From Parcubacteria group bacterium GW2011_GWA2_43_13 (lineage in GTDB: Bacteria > Patescibacteriota > Patescibacteriia > UBA9629 > GWA2-43-13), in NCBI GenBank assembly GCA_000999025.1, contig LCFM01000005.1, positions 7,087-71,086 of the forward strand: a stretch of 64,000 nucleotides of DNA, written 5' to 3'. Made by a program: the position numbers and the translations under genes. This document shows positions 61,731-64,000 of this stretch, piece by piece (position 1 is the stretch's first letter; every line of letters begins with the position of its first letter). The notes beneath the pieces are model-generated. The model made no database searches and was not told the origin of the DNA. It saw nothing but the letters and a program-made list of their open reading frames with translations.

Positions 61731-64000
61731 ATGCCCCATTTGATGCGCGCTGACCGGAAATATTTTACAACAGTGCATGAAGCGACTCCGCTTCCTGACT
61801 TGATTGAAATCCAAAAATCATCATATGCATGGTTTTTTAAAGAAGGGTTAAAAGAATTGATTGAAGAATTTAACCCTATTACTGATTTTATCGGTCGCGA
61901 TCTTGAGTTGCAGTTTGGGGAGTATGTATTAGATGAACCAAAGTTTGACGAGGTGACTGCGAAAGAAAAAAATGTTACCTATGAGTCAGCATTGCGCGTA
62001 AAGACAACATTGCATAATAAACGGAGCGGTGAAATGAAGGAGCAGGAGATTTATCTTGGCGATTTTCCTGTTATGACTCCGCGCGGCACATTTATTATCA
62101 ATGGTATTGAACGCGTTGTTGTATCCCAGCTTATTCGTTCTGCTGGCGTTTTTTTTACATCAGAATATGTGCGCGGGAAAAAAGTATACGGAGCAAAAAT
62201 TATTCCGAATCGAGGCGCATGGCTTGAAATTGAAACAGATGCCAATGGTGTTATTTGGGTGAAAATTGATAGAAAAAGAAAAGTCGCGATTACATCGCTT
62301 TTACGGGCGTTTGGATATGGGAGCAATGAAGAGTTAAAGGAATTATTTAAGCAGACCGATACCCAGGTAGATGCAAGTTACATTGATGCGACTATTGCGA
62401 AAGATAGTTCTCATGATATTAATACTGCTTTGCAAGAAGTGTATAAGCGTATCCGGCCTGGTGATTTAGCAACGCCTGAAAATGCGAAGTCACTGATTTA
62501 CGCAATGTTTTTTAATTTTGATCGGTATGATTTTGGCAAAGTCGGGCGGTATAAATTGAATCAAAAATTTGGTCTGACGGTTGAAAATACAAAAGAGAAC
62601 AGGATTTTGCGCAAAGATGATTTGGTGGCGATTATCAGCGAAGTGATTCGGTTGAACAATTCTCAAGAAGAACCTGATGATGTTGATCATTTGGGTAATC
62701 GACGTGTTCGCACGATAGGTGAATTGTTGCAGAATAAACTTCGGGTTGGATTTTCACGCATGGAACGCATTGTGAAAGATAGAATGAGCACATTGGATAT
62801 TACCACCATTACGCCGAATCAATTGGTGAATGCGCGACCGGTTATGGGAGTTGTGAAAGAATTTTTTATGTCTTCGCAATTATCCCAGTTTATGGATCAA
62901 ACAAATCCATTAGCTGAATTGGAGCATAAACGAAGATTATCCGCGATGGGGCCTGGCGGGCTTTCGCGTGAACGTGCAGGGTTTGATGTCCGCGATGTGC
63001 ATCGCACTCATTATGGAAGAATCTGTCCGATTGCAACGCCAGAAGGTCCGAATATTGGATTAGTAGGGCATTTGGCAAGTTACGCCCGAGTGAATGAGTA
63101 TGGATTTATAGAGACCTCTTTTGTGAAAGTAAAAAATAAAGCAAAGAACGATGGGAAAGACGCAACGGGTGAGCGGGTTCGTGAGGATATGAAAGATGCT
63201 CAGGGAAAGGTTTTAGTGAAAGCGGGAGAATCCATTTCAGAAGAGCAAGCTCGTATGCTGGTGTCGGCGTATCCGGCAGATACGATCCCGTTGAAAGCAC
63301 GGGTAACTGGCGAGGTTATTTATATTGACGCGTTTACCGAAGAAAAAGGCGTTACCGCTCCTGCCACGACTCCGATTGGCGAGGATGGGTATTTTATTAA
63401 TGAAAAAGCTGAAATGCGTGTTCATTCACAACCGACATACGATTATACATGGAGAATTGATTACCTTGATGTCGCGCCGAATCAAATTGTAAGTATCGCA
63501 ACGTCTTTGATCCCGTTTTTGGAACATGACGATGCTGTTCGTGCGCTGATGGGAACAAACATGCAACGTCAGGCAGTTGCGTGCGTTAACCCGCAGGCGC
63601 CGGTTGTTGGTACTGGCGTGGAACGGCGCGCGGCTATTGATTCCGGACATGTGATTGTTGCGGAAAGCGATGGGGATATTGCTGAAGTTGATGGGAGTCA
63701 CATCACCCTTGTTACAAAAAAAGGCCAGCAGATTCGGTATTCTTTAGGAAAGTTTGTTCGTTCTAATGCTTCAACATGCATGAATCAGCGGCCGATTGTT
63801 GATGTCGGGCAAAAAGTAAAAAAGGGTGATCCTTTGTGCGATGGCGCGGCTATTGATCACGGCGAATTGGCCCTTGGTCAAAATGTATTGGTTGCGTATA
63901 TGCCGTGGGAAGGTGGCAATTACGAAGATGCTGTGCTGATTTCAGAACGCATTGTTGAGCATGATCGCTATACATCAATTCATATTAAAGATTATCAAAT
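61731..64000 (+). CDS. rpoB: DNA-directed RNA polymerase beta subunit, 5-prime part (continues beyond window end)
   Basis: ATG 61731 MPHLMRADRKYF... then conserved RpoB blocks (GTFIINGIERVVVSQLIRS, RLSAMGPGGLSRERAGFDVRDVH, GRICPIATPEGPNIGL). Absent from the ORF track only because no stop occurs within the window. Confidence 0.9.
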   Translation, partial: MPHLMRADRKYFTTVHEATPLPDLIEIQKSSYAWFFKEGLKELIEEFNPITDFIGRDLELQFGEYVLDEPKFDEVTAKEKNVTYESALRVKTTLHNKRSGEMKEQEIYLGDFPVMTPRGTFIINGIERVVVSQLIRSAGVFFTSEYVRGKKVYGAKIIPNRGAWLEIETDANGVIWVKIDRKRKVAITSLLRAFGYGSNEELKELFKQTDTQVDASYIDATIAKDSSHDINTALQEVYKRIRPGDLATPENAKSLIYAMFFNFDRYDFGKVGRYKLNQKFGLTVENTKENRILRKDDLVAIISEVIRLNNSQEEPDDVDHLGNRRVRTIGELLQNKLRVGFSRMERIVKDRMSTLDITTITPNQLVNARPVMGVVKEFFMSSQLSQFMDQTNPLAELEHKRRLSAMGPGGLSRERAGFDVRDVHRTHYGRICPIATPEGPNIGLVGHLASYARVNEYGFIETSFVKVKNKAKNDGKDATGERVREDMKDAQGKVLVKAGESISEEQARMLVSAYPADTIPLKARVTGEVIYIDAFTEEKGVTAPATTPIGEDGYFINEKAEMRVHSQPTYDYTWRIDYLDVAPNQIVSIATSLIPFLEHDDAVRALMGTNMQRQAVACVNPQAPVVGTGVERRAAIDSGHVIVAESDGDIAEVDGSHITLVTKKGQQIRYSLGKFVRSNASTCMNQRPIVDVGQKVKKGDPLCDGAAIDHGELALGQNVLVAYMPWEGGNYEDAVLISERIVEHDRYTSIHIKDYQ

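Overview
This 64-kb window is from a low-GC (about 42-45% by eye) bacterial genome using the standard genetic code; ATGA start/stop overlaps end genes on TGA. Several features point to a Candidate Phyla Radiation (Patescibacteria)-like organism. The 16S rRNA gene (minus strand, about 13497-15836) is not followed by a 23S gene. It is interrupted near its 3-prime end by a roughly 855-bp intron encoding a LAGLIDADG homing endonuclease. Genes are compact with many 4-bp overlaps. Nine tRNA genes are present. Core housekeeping genes present: trmD, rpsP with a KH-protein gene, smc, rnc, nusB, dnaA with an upstream oriC-like region, valS, tsaD, ruvB, queA, polA, holA, rpsT, uvrB, ruvA and the 5-prime part of rpoB. 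Cell-envelope genes include two GT4 glycosyltransferases, a Wzx-like flippase, an O-antigen-ligase-like protein, a FemAB-like transferase, a MurE-like ligase, a VanW protein, a 3D-domain protein and a DedA-like protein. A type IV pilus/competence-like cluster (7.0-13.3 kb) carries pilB, pilC, four minor pseudopilins and a major pilin. One pseudopilin carries C-terminal LVIVD-like beta-propeller repeats. A second PilB-type ATPase sits immediately after dnaA. Other content: an ECF sigma factor with a downstream membrane protein; a GldA/F/G-like ABC system whose ATPase gene looks pseudogenised; and a TruB fused to a RibF-like nucleotidyltransferase domain. The most unusual signal is a set of at least five families of short palindromic or tandem repeats. 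Family A is GTAGAGACG-(GGGGTTAACCCC or GCCCC-N-GGGGC)-CGTCTCTAC. Family B is CGTCGTC-CCCTCTCCTTTACAAGGAGAGGG-TAGGGGTGAGGT. Family C is a roughly 95-bp AATCCTAATCTAC...GTAGATTAGGATT element. Family D is CAGTTGTCAAATTT-type heptamer arrays. Family E is a 117-bp element with 24-bp inverted termini. These repeats are scattered through the window and nested inside one another. Many sit in-frame inside essential genes (valS, tsaD, polA-upstream, queA, truB, trmD, uvrB, a glycosyltransferase and an O-antigen-ligase-like gene). This is reminiscent of Rickettsia palindromic elements. Other copies sit exactly at convergent gene ends, where their GTAG/CTAC termini supply the stop codons and probably act as terminators.
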